A stretch of 56,741 nucleotides of DNA, filler included, from Squatina squatina (lineage: Eukaryota), in assembly GCA_031763465.1 (NCBI GenBank). It is 4 parts of 4 records of this genome, joined end to end, with 100 filler letters (N's around TTAATTAATTAA, not from the genome) between each part and the next. Parts side by side here need not be neighbours in the genome. Positions count along the whole stretch, not along the records: positions 27,376 to 43,793 come from JARFOE010000235.1; positions 43,894 to 56,741 come from JARFOE010000056.1; 2 more parts are not named here. The stretch is one strand, 5' to 3'. The position numbers and the translations under genes were made by a program. Below, one piece after another: positions 37,401 to 50,842 of the stretch. Each line of letters starts with the position of its first letter. Position 1 is the first letter of the stretch. Below the pieces are notes generated by a model. That model was not told the origin of the DNA, did not search any database, and saw only the letters and a list, made by a program, of their open reading frames with translations.

Positions 37401-40400
37401 TTTCTGTCATTCCCTTTTACGTTTGATGGGACACACGTGCTTGCCAACCCACCTTCCCAGTCCTCACAACAGATCTGCACCCCAAGCGTTAACTCCTCTT
37501 TACTTTCTCTTCAGGTGCTGACAGGCCTGCCGTGTATCTCCATTACTTCCTGTTTTTATATTAAGAGGGAAACAAAGGGGACCGAGAGATTGATGCTGCT
37601 CTCAGCCATCTGGTGAACTGATCCAAACACCTGCACGAGCGCAACTTTCCATTGCGCAGTATAATTGCCAAGACAGACTTCTTTTGCCGCTTGTGTGTCA
37701 GTGTAAAGTTACAAGTGTTACTTTTTCTCAGCAAACCTTTAGTGATTAAAACTGGCTTCCATTTACGATGGATAACTAGTTTCATCTGGTTATTAACGCC
37801 AACGTCAGCACTGTGGAGGAATGAGCCTGAGGAGGCCGACAATTCAACTTACCACAATCGGAATGAATTCAAGATAAAATTACAACCTTCATTTTCATTC
37901 GAAGAAATTAATGAAGCCTATTATTGAGTGGGGAAAAGAGACTGTTTTTTAAATAACTAATTACAGACCCACATAGGTTATTCGAATTGGATACTGAAAC
38001 TTTAAATGAAGAATAACTAACGTAGGAGGACAGACGAGACAGTAATAAGCAGTAATGTCCAGATGTGAACAGTCACTTTTTTAATGAATGCAAAGAGTTT
38101 GACTCCAGTTTACAACTGGATATCCCTGAAGACACCACAAAGCCAGTATAAGAAACTGTGGTGCACAATGAAACATTATTTTTTGCAGCAATTGTTCTCC
38201 CTTTTATAATGTTGAAAAACTTGCTGTGATTACAGGGTGTTGCTTGAAGAGGATTCCTCCCCTTCGGTTAAAAATAGTTAAACTCACGATGTAGTGTTAC
38301 TCAGCGCGTGCTGCTGCCCCTGTGGCAAAGTTTCACTTACAACGACTGTACGCTTTTTGCCACACATGAGTAGTGAAATTTAGACTTGCCTACTTACCTC
38401 AGAATGGTCCTTTGCCCCATTATCCATGGTTCCCGGTTTCAGGTGGGCGTGCCGTTCCAAGTGCTTGAGTTCTGGAATATTATCTTATGAATTGTTGGGA
38501 GGAATCACACAACTGAAGCACAGTATCCTGGAATTATGGCCGGGGTTTTTCTCAATCAGGCTCATAAAGCATTAACTCCATTGCCCTTTCCTCTATATCT
38601 ATTATACTTTAATACGTGTATTAAATTCATGTTAAAATAGATGACTAACTTGGTAGCTATGAAAAACCTACTGGTCAAATGTATGTGTTGTTTGATCTGT
38701 TCTTCCCAGTGCTTGCTTTTAATTACATTGCTCGATATTGCACAGTGCCACTATTGCCCTGCTAATGTTTCGTTACTGCACAGGAGTTGCTCGTTGAAAC
38801 TGAAGGCTTCCTTTTACGTCAATGAAGTTGATATTAGCTCAACAACCACTTTGCGTTGACAACAAGGTCTGCTTGTAGACAGTGGGCAGTGGTTCAGTTC
38901 CAAAAGGCTGTTTCTTTGTCATTGTAGTTCAGCTTTATTACTCACTCAATAACTTGGTAAGAAGTCATTTGCTGTGAGTTACAGTCAAAACTTTATTTAG
39001 CCACTGTAGCTGGCAGAAACAGCCATTCATATTGGCTGCACACAGGCATGGGAGGGAAGCTCTGCCCACTGAGCTCATTTCATTCAAGGCAATTTAGTTG
39101 TGCTAAAACTGAGCACAACACTCCTGGCTAGCAAGAGAACAGATCAGCCAGTCTTCCTGCTCCAGCTCTCCATCCAGCAATTCCCATTGGAAAGCGCACA
39201 TGTAGACATGCATTACAACAGTGACTACACTTCAAGACTACTTCATTGGTTAGGAAGCACTTTGGAATGTCCAGAGGTTTTGAAAAGCGCTATATAAATG
39301 CAAGTCTTCTAGACATCGAATGAGGGCAGGATCAGACTTGGCTGTGATGGCCACCACAGTTCAACCGCAGTCCAACCCTTAGTGGGGAATTTTATGACGT
39401 TGCGTTGCTATGCTTACTGGAAGTATATATCAAAAATTCAAGCATCCGCTGCACATGACTTTCTGTTCATTAATTTAAACGGTTAAAAGATCACCTGCAA
39501 CATGTCCAAATTTCCGATATGGACCTCCACTGACAACACCAAGTTGGAGTACAACCCCTTTGTTGTCAAGACTCGTATATGAAGAAGTCCAGCTTCAGTG
39601 AGATACCAGAGAGTCATCAGTACTGTACTTGTGGACCTCAGCGTTAGGAGAGGAGGGGAGCANNNNNNNNNNNNNNNNNNNNNNNNNNNNNNNNNNNNNN
39701 NNNNNNNNNNNNNNNNNNNNNNNNNNNNNNNNNNNNNNNNNNNNNNNNNNNNNNNNNNNNNNGTGACGATCTGCGTGGCGCAAGGTGCCGAGGCACTAAC
39801 TGTTACGGGGCTGGCAAATGTGACTTGCGGCGCGGTATTTGCCCCGCTGCGGCACTACTGCCTGAGCGTCCCCTTAGCAGCGCCTCCCCCGCCCCGGCAC
39901 TAATGGGAGGCGCTAAGCAGCTGATATATCTCCCCCTTTATGTTAGCAGTGCACTTTCCTGTGGAATTGTGGCCTTCTGCTGTTACACAGAGCCCAATAT
40001 TGTGACCCAGCCAAGAAGTGGTCCAACTCATCCAATTGAGAGAAGGAAGGTCCAAATGCTAGGCAATGTTGAACTTCAAGCTTTGCTTGGGTATTTCACA
40101 CTCTTAGAGAGCTTCAGTTACATTAAATATCAAATCCATCCATTTGCAACTTTGCCTGTATTTTACCTGCTGTTATTGTTGAAGCTGAAACTAGGAATCT
40201 AGTTACCGCATCATTCCACCATGACAAAAAGGGCTGCTATTTGGTGCTTGTTTAACTCTTCTTTGTCCATAAATTAGGGGCCTAACAAGGCCAACTGTCC
40301 TCCTATCAACCAACCTTGTGATGAGTTTAGACATTTCCAGCCCAGCTACTGGTGAAGGTAGAACCACCCAGAGATAAACATCACACTCACTCATGATCAA

Positions 40401-42076
40401 CTGTTACGGAACAGAAACCACAAAGGTTGCTGTAGTTGTGAAGGACGTTGTGGCTCTGCTCACTAGGTAATCACACCGAAGTTAATCATCGTGAGATGAC
40501 AGATGAGTGGCCTAAGGAAAGGGAGATACTCAACCCGCACCTACCTTTTTAGGACTTGCACTCACTCATTTTCCTTCACAAAGTTACAACTTTTGTTTAT
40601 TCTGAAAAAGTTGCCTGATGAAAAATATTCTTACATATAATTTATGTTTCTGATTCTACCAGTTAACATTCAATATATCTACACAAACTTGGCTTTCTAG
40701 ATATTCTTAAGAGACAAAAAAATATTGTTGAATGACTTGCTCAAAAATGGTTGCTGTCTTCTGGCTGACAAATAAAAACCATTAGAGATTTGTCTCTTCA
40801 GGTTATCCTGTCCTTGAGTTATTGAGTGAACTATAGGAGTGAACACAGACATAAAACAGAGACATACCATTTTACATACACTGGCGTGGAAGAGGGCATT
40901 TCTCAGTGCAAACAATGGCATTATTTATAATAGTTGAAATACTTGTGCTGTTATTTGTACTCACATCCTTACCAGACCTTTCTTCCAAGTCCTCCTTGTT
41001 ATTACATGCAGAGCAGGTGACAATTCAATAGACCACATCCCTTTTCCTCATCTGCATGCATTATTGAATTGCTTGAAGTGGTACCAAAGTCAGACTTGCA
41101 TCTTTCTTTTCCCCCATTTCTACATTCACATAGATAAACTAGATGTCTATAGTCAATTGTGTAGCAAGAAGTCTAGAATGGTCCCTTCTGGTCAGATACA
41201 TCATCTGGCTGTATAGTATCTAGGCGGCTTGTGGCAAACGTGCTCACAAAGCAATGGTATCCGTGCTGGGATGAAATAAACAGCGGGGGAGCAATGTTAC
41301 AATTTTGCAACGAGAAAGAAAAACTAACAGAATGGTAATGAGCTATCCTGCTTCTGCAGCCTTCCTTTATCGTGAGTTTTNNNNNNNNNNNNNNNNNNNN
41401 NNNNNNNNNNNNNNNNNNNNNNNNNNNNNNNNNNNNNNNNNNNNNNNNNNNNNNNNNNNNNNNNNNNNNNNNNNNNNNNNNNNNNNNNNNNNNNNNNNNN
41501 NNNNNNNNNNNNNNNNNNNNNNNNNNNNNNNNNNNNNNNNNNNNNNNNNNNNNNNNNNNNNNNNNNNNNNNNNNNNNNNNNNNNNNNNNNNNNNNNNNNN
41601 NNNNNNNNNNNNNNNNNNNNNNNNNNNNNNNNNNNNNNNNNNNNNNNNNNNNNNNNNNNNNNNNNNNNNNNNNNNNNNNNNNNNNNNNNNNNNNNNNNNN
41701 NNNNNNNNNNNNNNNNNNNNNNNNNNNNNNNNNNNNNNNNNNNNNNNNNNNNNNNNNNNNNNNNNNNNNNNNNNNNNNNNNNNNNNNNNNNNNNNNNNNN
41801 NNNNNNNNNNNNNNNNNNNNNNNNNNNNNNNNNNNNNNNNNNNNNNNNNNNNNNNNNNNNNNNNNNNNNNNNNNNNNNNNNNNNNNNNNNNNNNNNNNNN
41901 NNNNNNNNNNNNNNNNNNNNNNNNNNNNNNNNNNNNNNNNNNNNNNNNNNNNNNNNNNNNNNNNNNNNNNNNNNNNNNNNNNNNNNNNNNNNNNNNNNNN
42001 NNNNNNNNNNNNNNNNNNNNNNNNNNNNATCCGCACGTCGTTAAAAAAAAAACAAATTTCCCCCCTCCCACCAGCT

Positions 42077-42940
<864 letters not shown>

Positions 42941-43624
42941 TTAAAAAAGTGACGTTCACAACGGCTCTGTGGTGATGAAGCCACATCAACTCTCAGCAAA
43001 CGTAACTTAAACGTATTCAGTACGACTCACGTAGGAACTGAGCTCTATACCACTTATCAGGGCTGTCAACACGGAAACTGTGAGCAGAAACGTCTGATCA
43101 GAAACACTGAGGCAGGTCACAATTCCCTTTCAAACAAGTGGCTCATACCTGAATACATTCAACAACTCACACAATTAATAAATTAAACTACAACTGAACA
43201 AGATTTTTTTTTTAACTACTTCTAAATTCCTCATTTTGGGAAGTCCGGCGACAACAAGCAAAAAAAAACCCACACTGGAACTGTGCAGACGCTACTACTT
43301 CCTGTTCTTTGGCAGCAATCGCGACCTATTTAAAAAAAGATGCACAGGTGACTATTCTTAAATGGTCATGGTCAACACAAAACAATTTATTTTGACAACT
43401 CACTGCAGCGGTTATGTAACTTGTAGTAAAATGCACCCATTACTTGCGTGGCAACAATCCTTCAAACAAAAAAATAATGTTTGCAAAACGCTTATCGTGA
43501 AGAGGGTTCCCCTTTAAATAGCAACACTGCCTGAATGATAACAGGATAAATAAATTGGTTTCTTTGCATTGCAGTGATGTTTTAGCCACATGGTCAAAAG
43601 AGCTGAAATACAACAAGCTTCATA

Positions 43625-43793
43625 GAATGTGGGCATCGCTGCATCGCTAATTGCCCTTGAGAAGGTGGTGGTGAGCTGCCTTCTCTGAACCACTGCAGTC
43701 TGTGTGGTGAAGGTGCTCTCACAATGCTGACTTTGTTGTACCAGTTTTTTTTTTACAACTGAATGACTTACTAGGCCATTTCAGAGAGCAATG
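43625..43793 (-). mobile_element. LINE 3' fragment (KAAHHHLLKGN-type family)
   Basis: ttgcccttgagaaggtggtggtgagctgccttc matches 50995-51030. Confidence 0.7.
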
Positions 43794-43893
43794 NNNNNNN
43801 NNNNNNNNNNNNNNNNNNNNNNNNNNNNNNNNNNNNNTTAATTAATTAANNNNNNNNNNNNNNNNNNNNNNNNNNNNNNNNNNNNNNNNNNNN
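43794..43893. other. Artificial scaffold-joining spacer
   Basis: 44 N + TTAATTAATTAA (43838-43849) + 44 N. Confidence 0.97.
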
Positions 43894-44151
43894 TGATTTG
43901 CGCTCCACTTCCCTCTTGGAGCGCTAAAGCTGAATTTCCCTGGAGCGGAAAATCATTATTGCCTGTCAATACTTTTCTGAGATTTTAAAAGTCATCGCCC
44001 CAAATGAGACACGATGGAATTTCTAGTTCTAAATCTCTCAAAGCCTAAAGTCGCATCTAAAAAATGCAGCGGTTTGAATTGTCAGATGTTAGCTAATGGT
44101 ACAAACTTCAGGATTTGGTATTTTACTATGGCGCCAATGTTCAATTCAATA

Positions 44152-44395
44152 GTCCTCTTTCCTCCTCCCTCCTTTAACTTGTACCCCTTTGACTCCTCTC
44201 GTTCTTTATTCTCCTCCCTTTATTCCTCCCCTTTCCTTTATTCCTCCCCTTCCCTTATTCCTCACTCTCCTGTACTCCTCTGCTATCCTTTACTTCTCTG
44301 CCCTCCTCTACCCCTGCCCCTCCTCTACTCCTGCCCCCTCCTTTACTCCGCCGCTCTTATTCCCTCCTTCCCTCCCTTGTTCTCTACTTTCCTCC
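44152..44395. repeat. CT-rich low-complexity polypyrimidine tract
   Basis: Loose (cctttattcctcc)n repeats. Confidence 0.85.
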
Positions 44396-44457
44396 AGAGT
44401 TAACTTCTGCAAAGTCTACCATACATGAAGCACAGGGCGGTTCATGTTAACTTTGTT

Positions 44458-44732
44458 CCTTTGAGGACTGAGTTGAGGAGAAACTTCTTCACTCAGAGGG
44501 TGGTGATTCTTTGGAATTCTCTGCCCCAGAGGGCTGTGGAGGCTCAGTCATTGAGTACATTCAAAACAGAGATCGATAGATTTTTAGACATTAAGGGAAT
44601 CAAAGGATATGGGGATAGTGCAGGAAAATAGCGTTGAGGTAGAAGATCAGCCATGATCTTATTAGATGGCGGAGCAGGCTCGAGGGGCCGAATGGCCTAC
44701 TCCTGCTCCTATTTCTTATGTTCTTATGTTCT
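44458..44732 (+). mobile_element. 5'-truncated CR1 LINE, well-preserved 3' end
   Basis: LRTELRRNFFTQRVVILWNSLPQRAVEAQSLSTFKTEIDRFLDIKGIKGYG, then 3'UTR and (ttcttatg)n tail. Confidence 0.92.
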
Positions 44733-45610
44733 TAAATCTGTGTCCTGGGGTTACCAACCCGCCTGCCAGTGGAAATAGTTTCTCTTTATTTAATCTAGCA
44801 AAACCCTTGGCAATTTTGAACCTTTTAAATCTCCCCTCTAAACTTCTCTGCTCCAAAGGAGAAAAATCCTAGCTTCTCTAGTCTCTCCACGTAACATCTA
44901 TCTCGTTTACACCGTCTGGAGGGTTTGGCCGAGTCACACAAGGCAGATTAGCTGCAAATCCTTCAGGATTGCAGCGTCTCTTTCAGAGCTCCAAAACTCC
45001 AAGGCAAGAAAAAAAAAAACTACCGGGAAGTCGTGGCTGGAAACTGCAAAAAAGATGTTCTGTCCTGCCATGCCACAGACCAGCAGTGCTGCAGTATTGA
45101 CAAACCTGGGGAGAGCAGCAAAGTATCAGATCAGTCTGCTGTGCTTCGAGGCTTTGTCTAAAGCTCATCGTGACCGAGTTCATTGCAAGACGGCAAGGAA
45201 ATCAGAATGTTGTAGTCGCGAGTTTACCAGCGAGGCCTTATTAGTAACAGATTTATTAATTGAAGGCTTGTGTTTTCCTTTTTGAACTGTCCTGTTTTGA
45301 ATCAAGTTGTGGCAAGTTAAAATGCAGGGCTTTCTAGCAGAACCTGACTGACATTTCAATTTATTTCTCTGTGTCAGTACGAGGCCAAGAAGAGGATTTC
45401 AGCTGACGATGCTCTCCAGCATGCTTATTTCAAGAACTTGGGAGAAAGAGTCCATTTCATACCCGACAGTGAGTTCCTTTTCAATGTGGGATCATTTCCT
45501 TCTCTGTGCGATGCCCTCGTGTTTTGCTGAAAAGCTGCCGCCACGTTTGAGGCTCTGCTGGTGTCACTGCGTACCGTGTGTAAGGGTGAACACTAAGATG
45601 TAAAAAATAT

Positions 45611-45660
45611 AGGCGTCAGCTGTGGCTCAGTGGATAGCACTCTTGCCTCTGAGTCAGAAG
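45611..45660 (+). mobile_element. DeuSINE tRNA-like head, truncated by gap
   Basis: gtcagctgtggctcagtggatagcactcttgcctctgagtcagaag with Pol III A-box TGGCTCAGTGG. Confidence 0.75.
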
Positions 45661-45820
45661 NNNNNNNNNNNNNNNNNNNNNNNNNNNNNNNNNNNNNNNN
45701 NNNNNNNNNNNNNNNNNNNNNNNNNNNNNNNNNNNNNNNNNNNNNNNNNNNNNNNNNNNNTCTGTGTTGTAAACTCTCTGGTTCCTTTGTGCTTCCTAGT
45801 GGCCAGTTCCTACCTGATAT

Positions 45821-46282
45821 GAAAGAAAGCATGAACTTGCATTTATATAGCGCCTTTCACAACCTCAGGATGCTTTACCGCCAATTAAGTTCTTTTGAAG
45901 TGCAGTCATTGTTGTAATGTAGGCAACGCGGCTGCCACTCTATGCACAGCAAGCTCCCATGAACAGCAATGTGATAATGAACAGCTCATCGGTTTTAGTG
46001 ATGTTGGTTAAGGAGTAAATATCGGCCAAGACCCCAGGGAGAACTCCCCTGCTCTTCTTCAAAATAGTGGCCCTGGGATCTTTAATATCCTCCTGAGATG
46101 TGACCTCGGTTTAATGTTTCTTCTGAAAGGTGGTACCTCTGACAGTGCAGCGCTCCCTCAACACTGAACCGGAGTTTCAGCCTCAGATTTTTGTGCTCAA
46201 GTCTCTCGAGTGGGACTCGAGCCCACAACCTTCTGACTCAGCGGCGCGAGAGCATGTGCCACCCACCGAGCCACGGGCTGAC
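45821..46282 (-). mobile_element. tRNA-derived DeuSINE (SacSINE1-like), full length
   Basis: A/B-box-like head, Deu-like core (ttaaaccgagg..gatccca..gaagaagagcagggg), L2-shared tail ggcgctatataaatgcaagt. Confidence 0.85.
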
Positions 46283-46404
46283 ACTTCACAGACTTGACTT
46301 GGCTCTCTCTNNNNNNNNNNGCTTTCCTCCCACCATCCCCAGTTCTGTAAAATTTTGGGATAACGAAAGGAGGAGAGTGAGGATGATTGCTCGCCCTCAC
46401 GTAC

Positions 46405-46573
46405 CTGAAGGCCTCAATGACGTACGACGTGACCGGCGAAGATCCAGCGTGCTTTCCCGCCAACCAGGACAGTGTGACGCTGTTCTTCGTGACATCGGCA
46501 ACTTTAGGTTTGGATGGCGATCCTGGCAGTGCATCCATGTCCATCTTGATGTTGACGGTTGCTGCGCCTGATT
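46405..46573 (-). CDS. Roundabout (ROBO) family receptor, exon encoding the start of the first fibronectin type III domain
   Basis: 169-bp exon (ttttttgtag...gtacgt), (E)SGAATVNIKMDMDALPGSPSKPKVADVTKNSVTLSWLAGKHAGSSPVTSYVIEAF(S); P.SKP.V.DVTKNSVTLSW and Y.IEAFS are ROBO FN3-1 signatures; paralog unresolved. Confidence 0.85.
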
Positions 46574-46634
46574 CTACAAAAAAAAACAATTTGTTTAAAG
46601 GGCAGCTCAGAATCTGATCCCTGTGACTGCCCAT

Positions 46635-46900
46635 CGCTCAGCAGCTCATCCCCTGAAGCTCGAATCCCAACCCTTGACCCTACAACTACCCACAGCTCAT
46701 CTCCTGACCACGACCCTTGAGCGACCTGTAGCTCGACTCCCGACCCTTGACTATCTGGCAACCCTGACCTTCCAGTGACCCACAGTTCATCCCCTGACCC
46801 CCTAGCGACCTGCAGCTAAACCACCGGCCTCATGGACCATCTAGCACGAATCCTGGCCCTCCACCGAGCTGCAGCTCGTCCCCCTGACCCCTGGCACTTT
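46635..46900. repeat. Degenerate C-rich tandem repeat (cagctc.tcccctgacc core)
   Basis: Core recurs at least 6 times. Confidence 0.6.
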
Positions 46901-47124
46901 CTGCCTCAGTTTCCTCCCCGTATATTGTCTCCCTTAGTCTTCTGTCCCACCTCCATACACCAGGCTTTCAAAACCAAAGATTGCCCCCACTTGCTGAATT
47001 ACTTCACCTTCTCTCCTCCTCCTTTCAACATCAGTGGTGTCCTGCCCTACAGGCCTTGGCCTCTCGATAAAAGGAAACGGCGCCTTTAATTTTACAGTAT
47101 TGGGGAATACTTCTGCTTGGTGTT

Positions 47125-47556
47125 AAGGCTCCTGGGTCAAGCAACGTCTTGATTTCAAAATCCTCATCCTTGTTTTCAAATCCCTCCGTGGCCTCGCCCC
47201 TCCCTATCTCTGTAACCTTCTCCAGCCCCGCAACCCCCCGAGCTATCTACCTTCCTCTAATTCTGGCATCTTGAGCATCCCTGATTTTAATCGTTCCACC
47301 ACTGGCGGCCGTGCCTACAGCTGGCTGGTCCCTAAGCTCTGGAATTCTCTCCCTAAACTTCTCAGCTTCCCTAGCTCTTCCTCCTCCTTTAAGACGCTCC
47401 TTAAAACCTCCCTCTTTGACCAAGTTTTGATCATATGCCCTAACATCTCCTTATGTGGCTCGGTCTCAAATTTTGTTTGATAATTGCTCCTGTGAAGCGC
47501 CTTGGGACATTTTACTACATAAAAGGCGCTATATAAATGCAAGTTGTTGTTGTTGC
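47125..47556 (+). mobile_element. L2-type LINE 3' end
   Basis: RLDFKILILVFKSLRGLAPPYLCNLLQ...GGRAYSWLVPKLWNSLP...FKTLLKTSLF, tail ggcgctatataaatgcaagttgttgttgttg. Confidence 0.9.
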
Positions 47557-48789
47557 ATAATGGCGCTTCAGTAGTTTAGCCGGTAACATCATCAACACTT
47601 GGTCCCAAAAGAACACTTTCTGACACTCCAACCAAAACAATAATGAGTGCTCTCAGTATGTGTAAGCGCCACTTTGAAAACTGTTTTTGTGCTAGTTATT
47701 AGGGATGGGAGGAGCGGGTCTTCCCTGTATTAAATTGAATCTCTCTGGAGCTCAGAGCTTCCTTAGCTTTTTCTTCGGTGGATTCTAGATGAATGTTTGA
47801 TAGCACATCCTGTACCATAACTGTACTATAAATTATAAAGCAAGAAGGAAAATGTAAAATGGTTTCACTCCTGAAGTTTATTAAATGTTTATTAAAATTT
47901 GCTTTGAAAGGATTGTAGATTGGGCGTGTTCTTCCTATGGTTTGCTGGTGGTCCACAGCTGACTTCCGATGTTTGAACTGGCGTGGATTATTTTGCCTGA
48001 TTTTGTCCTCAAAGCTTTCGTTCAGGATTTTCGCAGAACACTAGTTGATCCCTGATGGCATTGCTGGGTGGATTGTTCGCTGTGCGGACCAGACCTGTCC
48101 CTCTAAAATGACTCCTCAGACAGTGGTCCAAATAGATCNNNNNNNNNNNNNNNNNNNNNNNNNNNNNNNNNNNNNNNNNNNNNNNNNNNNNNNNNNNNNN
48201 NNNNNNNNNNNNNNNNNNNNNNNNNNNNNNNNNNNNNNTCAACTCCATCTCCAATGAAAAAGCAAAATTCAGGTCTTAAATTTTGTATCTCTATAGAAAT
48301 AAAACATGCTGAGCCTGAAGTTTACATATATATATATATTTTAATTCAAATATACAACAAAAATAGCCACTTTCTTTTTGATTGTCTGTACATATTTTGC
48401 CAAACCAAATAGTGTCAGTTTCCCTTTCGGTTGGGCTCAATTTTATTTCAGAAAATATATATATTGTTTTATATATATATTTATTTATTCCGTTGCACTT
48501 TTATAATTTCTAGAAATACAACGTATTCACCCTAAAGAATTGATTTGATCATTTCACAATTTCCAACAGTAGTTGCATCTGAATGGGAAAGGGGGGAAAA
48601 TAATCATTTCATATAAATAGAACAAGGCGCTGAGGCAGGAACTTTGAGATAATGTGGCTTGATCAGGTAGTTTAGCGGTGAGCTGCCCGGTCTGGCCCCA
48701 GGAGTGGACATTCACTCCCTGCTCAGGTTGGCAACAAGGGTACCTCATGTTGGAAACACATTGTGCCAAAATCGATTGATACGGTGTCA

Positions 48790-49110
48790 CGGCTGGGTTT
48801 ACGTGTGTCGAAAGGGGCTTGGAGGGTGTCGCAGCCGCAGATGGCGAGCAATGCTGAGGTTCCGCCCCAGGGGAGTGGCAGTGGCTCTGTGGAGCAAGAA
48901 CCCGCTGTCCTCTCTCAGGATGACAGCATTCATACTCCGACCATTGCCATTCTGCCGGTGCCCCTGCTGCTGCCCGCCATTCAGCCAGCCCAGGCTGTGG
49001 CTGCCCATGCCGAGGTGGCGTAGTCTACAGACCTCTGGGCCCAGAGCTGCTCGAGGTCATCCTCCAAGGCCATCTGCAGTCTCCCCCCATTGAAAGTCAG
49101 CAGCCTTTTC
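48790..49110 (+). mobile_element. Second copy of the coding-like interspersed element seen at 33238-33700
   Basis: aaggggctt..agg and ccccagg..agt.gcag...gaacc.gctgtcc shared. Confidence 0.45.
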
Positions 49111-49377
49111 CCCCAGCAGTGGAAGCCTGAAAAATATCTCCATGTTCCATTGATTCCACATCTGTCCATATGGTGAGTACAGACAAGATATTGAATCGCG
49201 TTAAATGGAGAAAGGTTTATCAATAGACTGAGATTCTTCTAGAGACTCAAATGTCACCGATGGATGTGGATACAATAGATCGAAGGAGACTGCCAAATAT
49301 ATCCTCAGTTACAGTCGACTTACTAAGCAGGGTCATACACACGTGTGTCAAACACGCACCCTGGCCAACTGTAGTGC

Positions 49378-49800
49378 CCAGATTACACAAATTAGGGTTT
49401 TATTTCCCTGGAATTTGGAAGGTTAAGGGATGATCTGATCAAAATTTTCAAGATATTGAGGGGAACAGATAGGGTAGAGAGAGACTATTTGCACTGGTTG
49501 AGGAGTCTAGGACGACAGGGTATAGCCTAAAATTAGAGCCAGATCTTTCAGGTGAGAAATTGGGAAACATTTCTACACACACAGGGTGGGAGAAGTTTGG
49601 AACTCTCTCCTGCAAATGGCAATTGGTGCTGGATCAATTGTTAACTTTAAATCTGAGACTGACAGATTTTTGCCAATCAAAGGTATTAAAAGATATGGGG
49701 CAAAGGTGGGTATATGGAGTAAGGTCACAGGTCAGCCACGATCTCATTAAATGGCGGAGCAGGCTCGAAGGGCTAAATGGCCTCCCCCTGTTCCGATGTT
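49378..49800 (+). mobile_element. CR1 LINE 3' fragment
   Basis: RL.G.LIK.FKI and F.TQRV...WNSL remnants; tail ggcggagcaggctcgaagggc. Confidence 0.85.
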
Positions 49801-49814
49801 ACTGTGCAGCTGTT

Positions 49815-50055
49815 CTGCTTCTCCCTGTCTGTGAAAATTAGAATCCCCCATTATAATCACTTTGTTTCTCNNNNNNNNNNTTATAAATCGCTCCATTACA
49901 TTAGCACGATCAGGTCTGTAGACAACTCCCACCAGAGTCTTGAGCCCTTTGCTGTTCCTTAGTTCCACCCAGAGTGTTTCCACTGTTTGATCACCCTTAC
50001 TGAAATCCTTTCTTTCTACTGCTAGAATTGTGTCTTTTCTCAATATTATATCAAT
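49815..50055 (-). mobile_element. CR1 LINE APE-endonuclease domain fragment
   Basis: VETLWVELRNSKGLKTLVGVVYRP...VIIMGDSNF (APE GV.YRP and GDFN motifs). Confidence 0.8.
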
Positions 50056-50420
50056 AAAGAGACAGACAGAGAGAGGTAAAGAGAAAGAGACAGAAAGAGA
50101 GAGACAGACAGAAAGAGAGACAGTGAGAGACGGAATGGGGGAGGGAGAATCTACCTGCAGAGAGAGAGACAGACAGACAGCGAGAGAGAGAGAGGGAGAG
50201 AAAGTGAGAGAGAAAGAAAGAGAGAAACAGAGAAAGAGAGAATGGGAGAGGGAGAGACTACCTGCACAGAGAGAGAGACGGAGAGTGAGAGGGAGAGATG
50301 GAGAGAGAGACCATCTGAAGACAGAGTGAGGGACAGGGAGATATAGGGGAGAAGAGCGAGACTTCCTGCAGAGAGAGACCACCCACACTAACAGAGACTA
50401 GCTGCACAGACAGAGACCAC
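50056..50420. repeat. (GA)/(GACA)-rich compound microsatellite
   Basis: Directly visible; explains the ER-rich and LS-rich spurious ORFs. Confidence 0.92.
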
Positions 50421-50464
50421 CACAGTCATGGAATAACCCAATGAAACATCCCACAAACTCTTAC

Positions 50465-50552
50465 CTGCAGTAAGAATGTGCAGAGTCAAACAGCCAGGGA
50501 AGGTTTGGAGAAGATCTCTTGGTGCCAGCCTGTGCTGTGCTGTGGGGAACAT
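50465..50552 (-). CDS. Candidate signal-peptide first exon, possibly of the ROBO gene
   Basis: AGG-ATG start, MFPTAQHRLAPRDLLQTFPGCLTLHILTA-G, strong phase-1 donor CAG|gtaaga; no recognised homology. Confidence 0.25.
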
Positions 50553-50842
50553 CCTCCAGAATTCATTGAGAACACAGCGGGCCGTGATGCGAGGGTGACT
50601 CCACTGATGTGGCAGAGCGCTGCTCTCCTGCAATCAGATCCTTTAATGGACTGACAGCAAGGACTGGGCCAATAGCTCTCACCATCTCCAATTACTGCAA
50701 TTGCAATCGGCACAACCAGCNNNNNNNNNNNNNNNNNNNNNNNNNNNNNNNNNNNNNNNNNNNNNNNNNNNNNNNNNNNNNNNNNNNNNNNNNNNNNNNN
50801 NNNNNNNNNNNNNNNNNNNNACAACCTCAGTCTTGGGAAGAT

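Noticed and set aside
37770-37796. Short hairpin ataactag-tttcat-ctggttat as a miRNA
   Set aside because: Stem of about 9 bp is far too short and matches no miRNA I recognise
45611-46282. tRNA genes, or an inverted SINE pair forming dsRNA
   Set aside because: Heads are SINE-derived with no full cloverleaf, and the two copies flank an unsized gap
49747-50388. 213-aa and 99-aa LS-rich / ER-rich ORFs
   Set aside because: GA microsatellite fused to a CR1 endonuclease remnant
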